Shown here: positions 17,467 to 28,486 of the stretch, piece by piece
Layout of the letters: each line of letters starts with the position of its first letter
Position numbering within the stretch: the first letter of the stretch is position 1
From: Betaproteobacteria bacterium
Lineage (GTDB): Bacteria > Pseudomonadota > Gammaproteobacteria > Burkholderiales > SG8-39
NCBI GenBank assembly: GCA_012274205.1
Contig: JAAOZY010000044.1
Location: 1-49,585, forward strand
DNA length: 49,585 nucleotides
Reading direction: 5' to 3'
Made by a program: the position numbers and the translations under genes
The notes under the pieces: generated by a model
What the model saw: the letters and a program-made list of their open reading frames with translations, nothing else
The model's database searches: none
Told to the model about the DNA's origin: nothing

Positions 17467-17913
17467 TTACTTGATCGCGAGCTTCTTCGTCTCTGCGCCG
17501 GCCTTTTTTGGCAGCGTCAGCTTGAGCACGCCGTCAGCGTACTCGGCTTCCGACTTCGCCTCGTCGATGTCGTGGGCGAGGGTGAAGCTGCGGAACTGCT
17601 TGCCGTAGTAGCGTTCGCTGCGCACCAGCTTCTTGCCTTCCTTCTCTTCTTTCTCATGCTTGACTTCGGCGCTGATGGACACCTGCTTGCCCTCGATCGA
17701 CACCTGGATGTCTTCTTTCTTCACGCCAGGGACGTCCGCCTTGACCGTGTAAGCCTTGTCGGCTTCCGCTATCTCGAGTTTGATCTCGGGCTCGGCTTCC
17801 AGGCCGTGGAACACGGGCCGCAGCATGAAGCCCTTGAAATAATCGTTCATGTCGAGGAAGGGATCGAAACGCGCCATTTCGCCGAATGGATCCCAACGAG
17901 TCAGGTTTGCCAT
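17467..17913 (-). CDS. Small heat-shock protein, Hsp20/alpha-crystallin family
   Basis: ATG at 17911-17913 after AAAGGAG. Peptide: MANLTRWDPFGEM...YTVKADVPGVKKEDIQVSIEG...ERYYGKFRSFTL...GVLKLTLPK. Confidence 0.9.
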   Translation of the reverse strand: MANLTRWDPFGEMARFDPFLDMNDYFKGFMLRPVFHGLEAEPEIKLEIAEADKAYTVKADVPGVKKEDIQVSIEGKQVSISAEVKHEKEEKEGKKLVRSERYYGKQFRSFTLAHDIDEAKSEAEYADGVLKLTLPKKAGAETKKLAIK

Positions 17914-18092
17914 ATCGATGCTCCTTTCATGTTGACAAGCGTGGGTCGCGCTCACTCCCACATTGCCCGATTCCGGCAGCCTTGCGCGCGATTGCCTGCC
18001 GCCGCCCGGCCGGAGCCGAACTTCGGGTCGGTGCAATCAGGCTACCCGTTCCCCAATGTCCCATCGTGACGATCGTCAATATTGCGGCTGCG

Positions 18093-20516
<2,424 letters not shown>

Positions 20517-20527
20517 AGTGTTTTCCT

Positions 20528-20932
20528 TTAGCTTGCGCGGCGCAGTTCCAGCACCAGACAGCCTTGCTCGAGGCGCTGGTCGACCGGTTCGAATTCGCCC
20601 GCGGGCAGCGGGATGCGGCGTTCGAAGCGCCCATACGGGATTTCCAGGCGATGGATCGCGGCGCGCCTGGAGTTCGTCGGCAGGGAGCGCTCGCCGCGCA
20701 CGACGATCAGCCCCGGCGCAAGCACGACTTCGACCTGCTGCGCCTTGACGCCGGGCAGGGCGACCAGCAGGCGCAGCCCGTCGCCGTTCTCGAACAGGTC
20801 CACCGGCGGCTCCCAGCACGGCGTGCCCTCGAGCACGCCGATGCGAAAAAACTGCCGCTGCAGGCGCTCTGCATCCTGCAGCATCTGCAGCGCCTCCGCC
20901 CACATCCACGTTCCCGGATCGCGCGATCGCAT
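20528..20932 (-). CDS. Atypical Hsp20/alpha-crystallin-domain protein immediately upstream of lon
   Basis: PVDLFENGDGLRLLVALPGVKAQQVEVVL...VVRGER...EIPYGRFERRIPLP is an alpha-crystallin domain. Its stop lies 11 nt before the lon start codon. Confidence 0.8.
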   Translation of the reverse strand: MRSRDPGTWMWAEALQMLQDAERLQRQFFRIGVLEGTPCWEPPVDLFENGDGLRLLVALPGVKAQQVEVVLAPGLIVVRGERSLPTNSRRAAIHRLEIPYGRFERRIPLPAGEFEPVDQRLEQGCLVLELRRAS

Positions 20933-21004
20933 GTATGAATTCCCTCGGTGTTAAGGACAGCATGGACCGGCCCCGGCCAGTCCGCTTGATCCCCGTCACA
21001 CCTG

Positions 21005-21033
21005 ATATGCGGGCGGGCAGCGCACAATGCAAG
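21005..21033 (-). promoter_or_regulatory. Candidate sigma32 (RpoH) heat-shock promoter for hsp20-lon
   Basis: The minus strand reads CTTGCAT-N14-CCGCATAT, against the recalled consensus CTTGAAA-N13-15-CCCCATNT. It lies ~70 nt upstream of the hsp20-like ATG. Confidence 0.45.
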
Positions 21034-21048
21034 CGCCGGGCAGGGGCG

Positions 21049-21105
21049 AAAAAAAACCCCGGGTTGGAGCCCGGGGTTCAGGGTGCCCCGGGTCTGGCCC
21101 GGGGC
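21049..21105 (-). terminator. Twin-hairpin Rho-independent terminator of the phasin gene
   Basis: Minus-strand transcript order: GCCCCGGG-loop-CCCGGGGC (21085..21105), then CCCCGGG-loop-CCCGGGG (21057..21076), followed by T8 (21049..21056). Confidence 0.75.
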
Positions 21106-21161
21106 CGCCGACAGTCTAGGAGGAGGAGGAGAGCAGTCGGCGTTTTCTTTGAAAAGAAAGC

Positions 21162-21710
21162 TTAAGCCGCTTTCTTTTTCGAGGCTTGCTTCACCACGTT
21201 CGCGGTGGCGGCGGTCACATTGGCTTCGGCCATGTCGGTCGCTTGCTTGACCACTTTGGTGAAGCTGTCGTAAGCGGAGTTGGCGGCTGCCATGGCGGAC
21301 TTGACCGCGGCCACTGCAACGTCCGAACCGGCGGGCGCGTTCTTGGTCAGCTTGTCCATCAGTGTCACGACGGTCTTGTTCATTTCCGCAGCTTGCGCTT
21401 CAGCCAGCTTGGTGACTTCGGCCTGGGTCTGGGTCGCGACTTCGTACACATTGCGCGAGTAGCTGATCGCTTTTTCCAGGGCCGGCTGGGCCGAGGTGGC
21501 GCTCAGGTTGACAAATTCTTGCGCGTCCTTGACCGACAGCAGCGCTTTGGCTTGGCTGACGCTGTCTTCAAACGCGGCCTTGGTGGTGTTGAAGTTCAGC
21601 GCCGACAGGCGTTCGAATGCGGCAAACTGGGCTTGGGCGATGCTGAACAGCGCGTCTACGCTGGCTTTGTTGGCGGCAGCAAATTGCTCGGGGGTGGCGT
21701 ACATGGTCAA
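21162..21710 (-). CDS. phaP: Phasin (PHA-granule-associated protein, PhaP family)
   Basis: 182-aa Ala-rich helical protein. MYATPEQFAAANKASVDALFSIAQAQFAAFERLSALNFNTTKAAFEDS is the typical phasin N-terminus. Confidence 0.9.
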   Translation of the reverse strand: MTMYATPEQFAAANKASVDALFSIAQAQFAAFERLSALNFNTTKAAFEDSVSQAKALLSVKDAQEFVNLSATSAQPALEKAISYSRNVYEVATQTQAEVTKLAEAQAAEMNKTVVTLMDKLTKNAPAGSDVAVAAVKSAMAAANSAYDSFTKVVKQATDMAEANVTAATANVVKQASKKKAA

Positions 21711-21765
21711 TCTCCAATTAGGTTACGAAAGGGTCCAGCAAACTTGGGGTGCAATCGCTTTCGGA

Positions 21766-21824
21766 AATTCAAAAATATTGCACTGCAACAATTTGAATTC
21801 TACACCCAACTACCTGCCTGTCAA
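21766..21824 (-). promoter_or_regulatory. Near-consensus sigma70 promoter of phaP with overlapping palindromic operator
   Basis: Minus strand: TTGACA (21819-21824) -N16- TAGAAT (21797-21802). Just downstream is palindrome TTGCAnTGCAA (21778-21788), nested in inverted repeat AATTCAAA/TTTGAATT (21766-21773 / 21792-21799). Confidence 0.6.
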
Positions 21825-22124
21825 GTATTTTTTAAGAAAGACTGCTAAGTTAATGATGTGTTGCACAAATACTAGTAAAATCATCACCTTAGCCAGTTGC
21901 AACGCGTGCCCGCGCCGCCATGTTAATAAATAATCAATATAGAACATATGGTTATATAGAAGCAGCGGTAATGGGCCGGACGGAAGGTTAGCAGGGGCTC
22001 ACTTCTGCTGCGACATACGGACTGCCAAAACGACCGACGCGTGCCCGGCTTGCTATACTGCGCAGCTTTTCCGCCGCACACATGGCTGCAACCACCCTTC
22101 CCCTGCCGCGCACCAGTCTCAGCC

Positions 22125-23015
22125 ATGCCCGCAGTTGAGAGCAATGCGGCGCGGCTGTGGCTGCGCTCCATGCCCGGGCTGTTCGTGCTGCTGTGGAGCA
22201 CCGGCTTCGTCAGCGCCAAGTACGGCCTGCCCTACGCCGAGCCTTTGACTTTTCTGCTGCTGCGTTTCGCCCTGCTGCTGGCCTTGATGCTGCCGCTGGC
22301 GCTGGCGATGCGCGCATCCTGGCCGCGCAGCCCGGCGCAGATCGGCCATGTCGCGCTGGTCGGCGTGCTGATGCAGGGTGGTTATCTGGGCGGCGTGTTC
22401 TGCTCCATTCATCTGGGCATGTCTGCGGGCGTGAGCGCGCTGATCGTCGGCGTGCAGCCGATCCTGACCGCCTTTGCCAGCGCGCCCCTGTTCGGAGAAA
22501 AGTTGCGCGCCCGGCAATGGTCAGGCCTGGTGCTCGGCTTCGCCGGCGTGCTGCTGGTGGTGACCGGGCGTTCGGCGCTGTCGGGGATCACGCCGGCGAC
22601 GCTCGCCTTGTCGCTGCTCGCGCTGCTGTCGATTACCGCCGGCACGCTGTACCAGAAACGCTATTGCGGCGCGGTGGATCTGCGCACCGGTTCGGTGATT
22701 CAATTCGCCGCCGCCGCCGTAGTGGTGTTGCCGCTCGCGCTGACATTCGAGACCATGCGCGTGCACTGGAGCCTCGAATTCATCTGCACCCTGCTGTGGC
22801 TGGTGATGGTGCTGTCGATAGGGGCGATTTCCCTGCTGTATGTGCTCATACGCAAGGGCGCCGCAACCAGGGTGGCGAGCCTGTTCTACCTGGTCCCGCC
22901 CGCCACGGCGCTGATGGCCTATGCCATGTTCGGCGAAACGCTCAGTCCGGTGGCGATGGCCGGGATGCTGATGGCTGCCGCCGGTGTGGCGCTGGTGGTC
23001 TACCGGCGCCAGTAG
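22125..23015 (+). CDS. EamA/DMT-family transporter
   Basis: ATG at 22125. Ten-TM pattern with two EamA repeats (LLWSTGFVSAKYGL..., LSIGAISLLYVLIRKG). Confidence 0.85.
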   Translation: MPAVESNAARLWLRSMPGLFVLLWSTGFVSAKYGLPYAEPLTFLLLRFALLLALMLPLALAMRASWPRSPAQIGHVALVGVLMQGGYLGGVFCSIHLGMSAGVSALIVGVQPILTAFASAPLFGEKLRARQWSGLVLGFAGVLLVVTGRSALSGITPATLALSLLALLSITAGTLYQKRYCGAVDLRTGSVIQFAAAAVVVLPLALTFETMRVHWSLEFICTLLWLVMVLSIGAISLLYVLIRKGAATRVASLFYLVPPATALMAYAMFGETLSPVAMAGMLMAAAGVALVVYRRQ

Positions 23016-23527
23016 AAGCCGCCGTAGGGACGGAACGGATAGGGCCAGCCGTACCCCGGGTAGCCCGGCCACCAGGGGTCGTAGTTGTAGCTGCGCTGCT
23101 GTTCCTGCTCGCGCTGCTGCTTTAGTTCTTCGGCATGGCGCTGTTCGCGCTGATTGATTTCGTCCACCAGCGAAGCGCGCAATTCCTGTTCGCGCGCGCT
23201 CTGGATGTAATCGAGCACTTGCGTGCTGACGCCCTGGTCGTGCAGCTCGATGAGTTGCGCCGCGCTGAGTGCGTAGCTCGAACCGGTTTGCCTGATTTTC
23301 GCGATGATGTCCTGCGGCGCCGCGCCCTCCTGCGACAGGCGCGCGAGCTCCGCCGGCGGCAACTTGGGCTCGGGCTTGGGTAGCAGGCGCGCGAGCGCCT
23401 CCGGCGTCAGCCGCGCAATGGCAGCGCCGCCCGGCGGCGCGGATGTGGTGGCGCAAGCGCTCAGGGCCAGGGCCAGGGCCAGGAACAGGAACAGGATGGG
23501 GGTGCGGCGCAACATGATCATTTTCAT
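23000..23527 (-). CDS. Lipoprotein of unknown function with an aromatic/Gly/Pro-rich C-terminal tail
   Basis: Lipobox LALALSAC. Charged coiled segment QREQRHAEELKQQREQEQQR. Tail NYDPWWPGYPGYGWPYPFRPYGGFYWRR. The 3' end overlaps the convergent EamA gene by 16 bp. Confidence 0.65.
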   Translation of the reverse strand: MKMIMLRRTPILFLFLALALALSACATTSAPPGGAAIARLTPEALARLLPKPEPKLPPAELARLSQEGAAPQDIIAKIRQTGSSYALSAAQLIELHDQGVSTQVLDYIQSAREQELRASLVDEINQREQRHAEELKQQREQEQQRSYNYDPWWPGYPGYGWPYPFRPYGGFYWRR

Positions 23528-23607
23528 TTTAGACCATCACGCCGCTATTTAAGTGCGCCGCGGCGCGCCGCGGGCGCGCGTGCATCGCATCAGGCTTTTC
23601 ACAATCG

Positions 23608-25422
23608 TTAGCCGTTTCCCGCCTGCTTGGCGTTGTACATGGCGGCGTCGGCCGAATTGACCAGCATGTCGGCATCGCAGCCGTCCGCCGGATAGATCGC
23701 AATGCCGATGCTGGACCCGATCTGGACGTTGCGTCCATGCGGGCCGATGAGGAACGGCGCGGCAATCGCGGTAACGATCTTCTTCGCGACGATTTCCGCT
23801 TCGTCGCCCCTGGCGATGTGGGGCAGGATTACCGTGAATTCATCGCCGCCGACGCGCGCCACCGTGTCGGATTCGCGCACCTGGCCCCGGATTCGCGCAG
23901 CCACCGCGCGCAGCATCTCGTCGCCCGCGGCGTGCCCCAGGCTGTCATTCACCGGCTTGAATTTATCCAGATCCAGGTACAGCAGGGCGAACTGGCGCGA
24001 GTCGCGTTTGGCCAGGCTGAGCGCCTGCTGCAACCGGTCGTTGAACAACAGGCGGTTGGGCAGTCCGGTGAGGCTGTCGTGGTGCGCGACGCGCTGGATG
24101 CGCTCCTCCGCCAGCTTGTGTTCGGTGATGTCGGTGATCACCGCGAACAGACCCAGCACCTCGCCCCGGTCGCCGACATGGGGCAACAGCTTGACCTCGA
24201 GATGGCGCGCTTCGCCGTTCGGGAGCGTGCGCGTTCTCCGGTAGGTGACCGGATGTCCCTGCATGGCGCGCATGAAATTGCCTTCGACCTCGCGGTGGGC
24301 TTCTTCCCCGATCACTTCGCGCAGGTGCTTGCCGATGATGTTCTCGACGCTAAAGCCGAAGAATTCCACGAATTGCTTGTTGACCGAGCGGTAGCGCAGG
24401 TTCTCGTCGAAAGCGGCCGTCATGACCGGAACGTTGTCGGCAAAAACGCGCAGTCTTTCCGCGGTATCGCGCAGATCCTGCTCGGCGCGCTTGCGCGCGG
24501 TGATGTCGGTGCCGATGCCGCGATAGCCCTTGAACGCGCCGGATTCGTCGAACACGGGGTCGCCGCTGATCGACAGATGGCGCGCGGGAGCGTCGCTGCC
24601 GACGCGCGAAAATTCGAAGCTGCGGAAGGACCGGTGCGCTTCGAGCGCCTCGCGGTGGGCCTGCCAGCCCGCATCGTCCGGCGAAAGATACGGTACCTCC
24701 CAGCGGCGCTGGCCGATCTGCGGCGTTTGCGCGAGGTCCGGCACGCCGCTCGCCGTGCCGCCCGAGCCGATCAGCGTGAGCCGGTGTTCGGCGTCGCTCT
24801 CCCAGTAGAAGTCGGAGGACATCTCGGTCAGGCTGCGAAACCGCGCCTCGCTGTTGCGCAGCCTGCGTCGCAGCGTATTGATCTGGCCGCCGATGATGGC
24901 GAAGCCGGGCAGCAATCCGGCAAGCATCAGCCAGCTCAGCCATTCGAGGGGCACCTCCTGAATGGCCTGCGGCCGCCGGTACATCAGCAGGTCGATAACC
25001 AGTGCGTAGGCCGCCAGCGTGTACAGCGTGACCAGCGTGAATTCGCGCGTGTCCAGGCGAAATACGCCAAAAAGGAAAATGATGAAACAGCCGAACAGCG
25101 CGATGTTGCGGCCGAATTCCATGTGGTAAATGGTGAACATCAGCAGCGTGACTGCCGCAAGCATTTGCAGCTTCGTAAGGCTGGGGTCGCTGAAGCGCAG
25201 ATTGAAGCCGGAACGGAATGTCGCGTACAGCGCGACATTGATCGCGACAAAGGCGGCCGTGGTAAGGAGCACGGCCGCCGCCGGCAGCGCGCCGAACGCC
25301 CAAGCGATCGCCACCAGCGTTGCGCCGAGCAGATAGTTCAGCGCGGCGAGGCCGAACCGGCGCAGGCGCAGCGCCTGTTTCGGGTCGAGTGAGGGGGGGA
25401 TCAGAAAGGCGGCCAGTTTCAT
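23608..25422 (-). CDS. Membrane-anchored PAS-PAS-GGDEF diguanylate cyclase
   Basis: N-terminal TM block and two PAS-like regions. The GGDEF domain has RESD-x5-GGDEF (I-site plus active site). Start at ATG 25422 (MKLAAF), or 25440. Confidence 0.9.
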   Translation of the reverse strand: MKLAAFLIPPSLDPKQALRLRRFGLAALNYLLGATLVAIAWAFGALPAAAVLLTTAAFVAINVALYATFRSGFNLRFSDPSLTKLQMLAAVTLLMFTIYHMEFGRNIALFGCFIIFLFGVFRLDTREFTLVTLYTLAAYALVIDLLMYRRPQAIQEVPLEWLSWLMLAGLLPGFAIIGGQINTLRRRLRNSEARFRSLTEMSSDFYWESDAEHRLTLIGSGGTASGVPDLAQTPQIGQRRWEVPYLSPDDAGWQAHREALEAHRSFRSFEFSRVGSDAPARHLSISGDPVFDESGAFKGYRGIGTDITARKRAEQDLRDTAERLRVFADNVPVMTAAFDENLRYRSVNKQFVEFFGFSVENIIGKHLREVIGEEAHREVEGNFMRAMQGHPVTYRRTRTLPNGEARHLEVKLLPHVGDRGEVLGLFAVITDITEHKLAEERIQRVAHHDSLTGLPNRLLFNDRLQQALSLAKRDSRQFALLYLDLDKFKPVNDSLGHAAGDEMLRAVAARIRGQVRESDTVARVGGDEFTVILPHIARGDEAEIVAKKIVTAIAAPFLIGPHGRNVQIGSSIGIAIYPADGCDADMLVNSADAAMYNAKQAGNG

Positions 25423-25669
25423 GCTCTCGTCTTGTGGCATTGGTGCGGATTGGGAAGCACAGGCAATTCGCGACGAAAGATCCGTGGCCGCTTGCGATTC
25501 GCCGGCCGCTCGTCTGCCGCACGTCGAATGTAAGTCCAAGAAATTATTACATAATCATGACCGTCGCAAAGCGAAGCCAAACGGATTTCACAATATTTAA
25601 AGATTGGCCTGCCCATGGTTTCGGCGGTGCCCTGCGCCGGACCTGAATGCCGAAGCTGCGTCCAGGACA

Positions 25670-25713
25670 TTGACCGGCGCGTGAAAAGCCGCTATAAAGC
25701 AAACAGTCGTTTG
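25670..25713 (+). promoter_or_regulatory. Near-consensus sigma70 promoter plus candidate TetR operator upstream of the TetR-mutase operon
   Basis: TTGACC (25670-25675) -N17- TATAAA (25693-25698). It is immediately followed by the inverted repeat CAAAC-agtc-GTTTG (25700-25713). Confidence 0.55.
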
Positions 25714-25735
25714 TTTTTCTTACGGTCCGGAAACG

Positions 25736-26320
25736 ATGTCCCAAACCCTACGCGCGCCGCGCAGCGACAACCGCCTGCCGCAGGTCCTGGACGAGGCGGC
25801 ACGGCTGTTTCGCGAGAAAGGCTATGCCGCAACTTCGATGCGCGACATCGCGGCCGCGGTCGACATGCTGCCCGGCTCGCTCTACTACCACTTTGCCGCC
25901 AAGGAAGATCTGCTGGTGGCGGTGTACGAACAGGGCGTGCGCCTGATCACGGAAAAAGTGCGTGCCGCCGTCGCCCGGCACGAGGAGCCCTGGCAGCGGC
26001 TCGAGGCCGCCGCCGTCGCGCACCTGGAGGCGCTGCTCAAGACCGGCGATTACGCGCTGGTGGTGATCCGGGTGCTGCCGCAGGACGTGCCCAAGGCGGC
26101 GGCGCGCCTGGTGAAGCTGCGCGACGGTTACGACACCCTGTTCGCGGAGCTGGTGGCGGCGCTGCCGCTGCCGCCGGAGACCGACCGCCAGAGTTTGCGC
26201 CTGCTGCTGCTGGGCGCGCTCAACTGGAGCCAGCACTGGTTTCGCGACAGCGGCAGACATTCCCCGCGCGCGATTGCGCGCAGTTTTCTCAGATTGTTGC
26301 GCGAGGCGCAGAAACCCTGA
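25736..26320 (+). CDS. TetR/AcrR-family transcriptional regulator
   Basis: The N-terminal HTH LDEAARLFREKGYAATSMRDIAAAVDMLPGSLYYHF is typical of TetR. Confidence 0.9.
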   Translation: MSQTLRAPRSDNRLPQVLDEAARLFREKGYAATSMRDIAAAVDMLPGSLYYHFAAKEDLLVAVYEQGVRLITEKVRAAVARHEEPWQRLEAAAVAHLEALLKTGDYALVVIRVLPQDVPKAAARLVKLRDGYDTLFAELVAALPLPPETDRQSLRLLLLGALNWSQHWFRDSGRHSPRAIARSFLRLLREAQKP

Positions 26321-26351
26321 ATATCCGCCAACGTTGCAGAGGCAATTCGTC

Positions 26352-26765
26352 ATGACTAAGCACGCACCCAAGGTACTGGTCACCAAAATCGGACTCGATG
26401 GACACGATCGCGGCAGCCGCGTGGTCGCGTCCTTCCTGCGCGACGCCGGCATGGAGGTGGTGTATACGCCGCCGTGGCAGGACATCCCCACGGTGGTCAA
26501 GCTGGCGATGGAGGAAGACGTCGACGTGATCGGCGTGTCCTCGCTCGCGACCGACCACCTGATCGTACCCAAGCTGATGCAGGCGCTGCGCGCCGCCGGG
26601 CTCGAGGACATCGCCGTCGTCGTCGGTGGCATCGTGCCCGACGCGGACGAAGCGGTGCTGCTCGAAGCCGGCGTGGCCCGGGTATTCCACCCGGGCAGCG
26701 CGCTCGAAGACATCGCGGCCGAGATCGGGCGGCTTACGCAACAACGGCGCGAAGTCCGTATTTGA
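26352..26765 (+). CDS. Acyl-CoA mutase small subunit (cobalamin-binding domain)
   Basis: ATG at 26352. [19 protein letters not shown] contains the DxHxxG cobalamin His-ligand motif. VIGVSSL and VVVGGIVP match the B12-binding Rossmann domain. 137 aa. Confidence 0.9.
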   Translation: MTKHAPKVLVTKIGLDGHDRGSRVVASFLRDAGMEVVYTPPWQDIPTVVKLAMEEDVDVIGVSSLATDHLIVPKLMQALRAAGLEDIAVVVGGIVPDADEAVLLEAGVARVFHPGSALEDIAAEIGRLTQQRREVRI

Positions 26766-26784
26766 TCGACAGGGAGGAATACGC

Positions 26785-28464
26785 ATGAACAAACCACTGG
26801 ATGCGGCGAAACTCGCCGAGCGCGAGACCGGAGCGGAGCAATGGCAGCGCGAATACGCGGACGGCGCGGCGGGCGACAAGACCCTGCGCAACCGTTCCGG
26901 CGTCGAGGTGAAGCCTCTTTACACGCCGCAGGACTGGAACGGCGACCATGCCGACGCGCTCGGCTACCCGGGCCAGCCGCCCTATACGCGCGGCATCTAT
27001 GCCAGCATGCACCGCGGCCGCAGCTGGAGCCAGCGCCAGCTGATCGGTTTGGGCACGCCGGCGGACTACAACGCGCGCCTGCTCGAAATGATCGCCCAAG
27101 GCACCAGCGCGGTATCGCTGATACCGTGCAACTCGGTGTTCCGCGGCTACGACATGGACGAAGTGCATGCGGAGCTGCTGGGCACCTGCGGCGTGGTCGC
27201 GAATACGGCGCAGCACATGGATCAGTGCCTCGCCGGCGTCGATCTTGCGCGCACCTCCTGCGCCATGAACGACCCGTCGCCGTTCACCCTGCTCGCATTC
27301 ATGCTGGCGACGGCGAAACGGCGCGGCGTCGACTGGCGCTCGATCAGCGGCACCTCGAACCAGAGCGACTACCTCAGCCACTATGTCGCCAACCACATGT
27401 TTTTTCGCATCGCGCTGCCCGGCGCGCGCCGCATCCTCACCGATCACATCGAGTTCTGCGGCCAGCACCTGCCGCGCTGGAATCCGCTGTCGGTGGTGGG
27501 GCAGCACATGCAGCAGGCCGGCGCCACGCCGGCCGAGGCCATGGCGTTCACGCTGTCCTCGGCGATCCAGTATGCCGATGACTGCAGCGCGCGCGGCATG
27601 GACCCCGATGCGTTCCTGCCGCGCTTCACTTTTTTCTTCGACATCTCGGTCAGCCTGTTCGAGGAGATCGCCAAGTTTCGCGCCGGCCGGCGCATCTGGG
27701 CGCGCCTTGCGCGCGAGCGCCTGGGTGCGCGCGATCCGCGCTCCTGGCGCTTCAAGTTCCACGGCCAGACTTCGGGCGCGGACCTCACGCGGGCGCAGCC
27801 GCTCAACAACATCGCGCGCGTCACGGTGCAGGCGATCGCCGGCATCCTCGGCGGGCTGCAGTCGCTGCATACCGACGCCTACGACGAGGCGCTGTCCTGC
27901 CCGACCGAATTCGGTGCGCGCATCGCGGTGAACACGCAGAACATCCTGCGCGAGGAGGCGCGCCTCACCGACGTGATCGATCCACTCGGCGGCAGCTACT
28001 ACATCGAGTCGCTCACCGACGAAATGGAGCGCAGGATTCTCGCCGTCATGGCCGAGGTCGAGGCGGCGGGCGGCATGTACGCCGCGGTGGAGCAGGGGCT
28101 GGTGCAGAAGAAAATCGGCGCCTCGGCGCGCGCGTTCCAGGAGAAGGTCGAGTCGGGCGAGCAGACCGTGGTCGGGGTCAATGCCTACCGGGTGGAGGAG
28201 GGCCGCGGCGAGCGCCAGGCGCTGGCCACGCCGGATCCGGCGAACATGCAGGCGCACATCGCCGCGTTCAGGGCGTACAAGGAGGCGCGCTCGCAGGCGG
28301 CGGTGCAGCGCGCACTCGACCGCCTCGCCGCTTCCTGCGGCGACCCGCAGCAGAATATTTTCGCGCGCGTGGTCGAGGCGGCCGAAGCCGGCTGCACCCA
28401 CGGCGAAATCTGCGCCACGCTGCGGCGCGAACTGGGCTTCGGCCAGCCGCTGGTGATGGTCTGA
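26785..28464 (+). CDS. Acyl-CoA mutase large (substrate-binding TIM-barrel) subunit, divergent active site
   Basis: ATG at 26785 after AGGGAGG. 559 aa, collinear by eye with methylmalonyl-CoA mutase alpha ([51 protein letters not shown]). Specificity positions are non-canonical (see findings). Confidence 0.9.
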   Translation: MNKPLDAAKLAERETGAEQWQREYADGAAGDKTLRNRSGVEVKPLYTPQDWNGDHADALGYPGQPPYTRGIYASMHRGRSWSQRQLIGLGTPADYNARLLEMIAQGTSAVSLIPCNSVFRGYDMDEVHAELLGTCGVVANTAQHMDQCLAGVDLARTSCAMNDPSPFTLLAFMLATAKRRGVDWRSISGTSNQSDYLSHYVANHMFFRIALPGARRILTDHIEFCGQHLPRWNPLSVVGQHMQQAGATPAEAMAFTLSSAIQYADDCSARGMDPDAFLPRFTFFFDISVSLFEEIAKFRAGRRIWARLARERLGARDPRSWRFKFHGQTSGADLTRAQPLNNIARVTVQAIAGILGGLQSLHTDAYDEALSCPTEFGARIAVNTQNILREEARLTDVIDPLGGSYYIESLTDEMERRILAVMAEVEAAGGMYAAVEQGLVQKKIGASARAFQEKVESGEQTVVGVNAYRVEEGRGERQALATPDPANMQAHIAAFRAYKEARSQAAVQRALDRLAASCGDPQQNIFARVVEAAEAGCTHGEICATLRRELGFGQPLVMV

Positions 28465-28486
28465 GCGCAGGCCGGGGCGAACCGGC

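Noticed and set aside
17914-18092. A search for a separate sigma32 or sigma70 promoter, or a clean terminator, between lon and the downstream hsp20.
   Set aside because: I found only a weak imperfect palindrome (GACCCGAAgTTCGGcTC) and no CTTGAAA/CCCCAT-like pair. Nothing here can be supported.
20517-21032. A 172-codon N-terminal extension of the Lon ORF (listed as 18093..21032).
   Set aside because: The extension overlaps the hsp20-like gene in another frame and is Arg/Ala-rich with no recognisable motifs. The conserved Lon N-domain begins just after the Met at 20516, which has its own SD.
26274-26351. An upstream extension of the mutase small-subunit ORF, overlapping the TetR 3' end.
   Set aside because: The homologous B12-binding domain starts at the Met at 26352 ([19 protein letters not shown]). 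The extension has no recognisable motifs and overlaps the TetR coding sequence.
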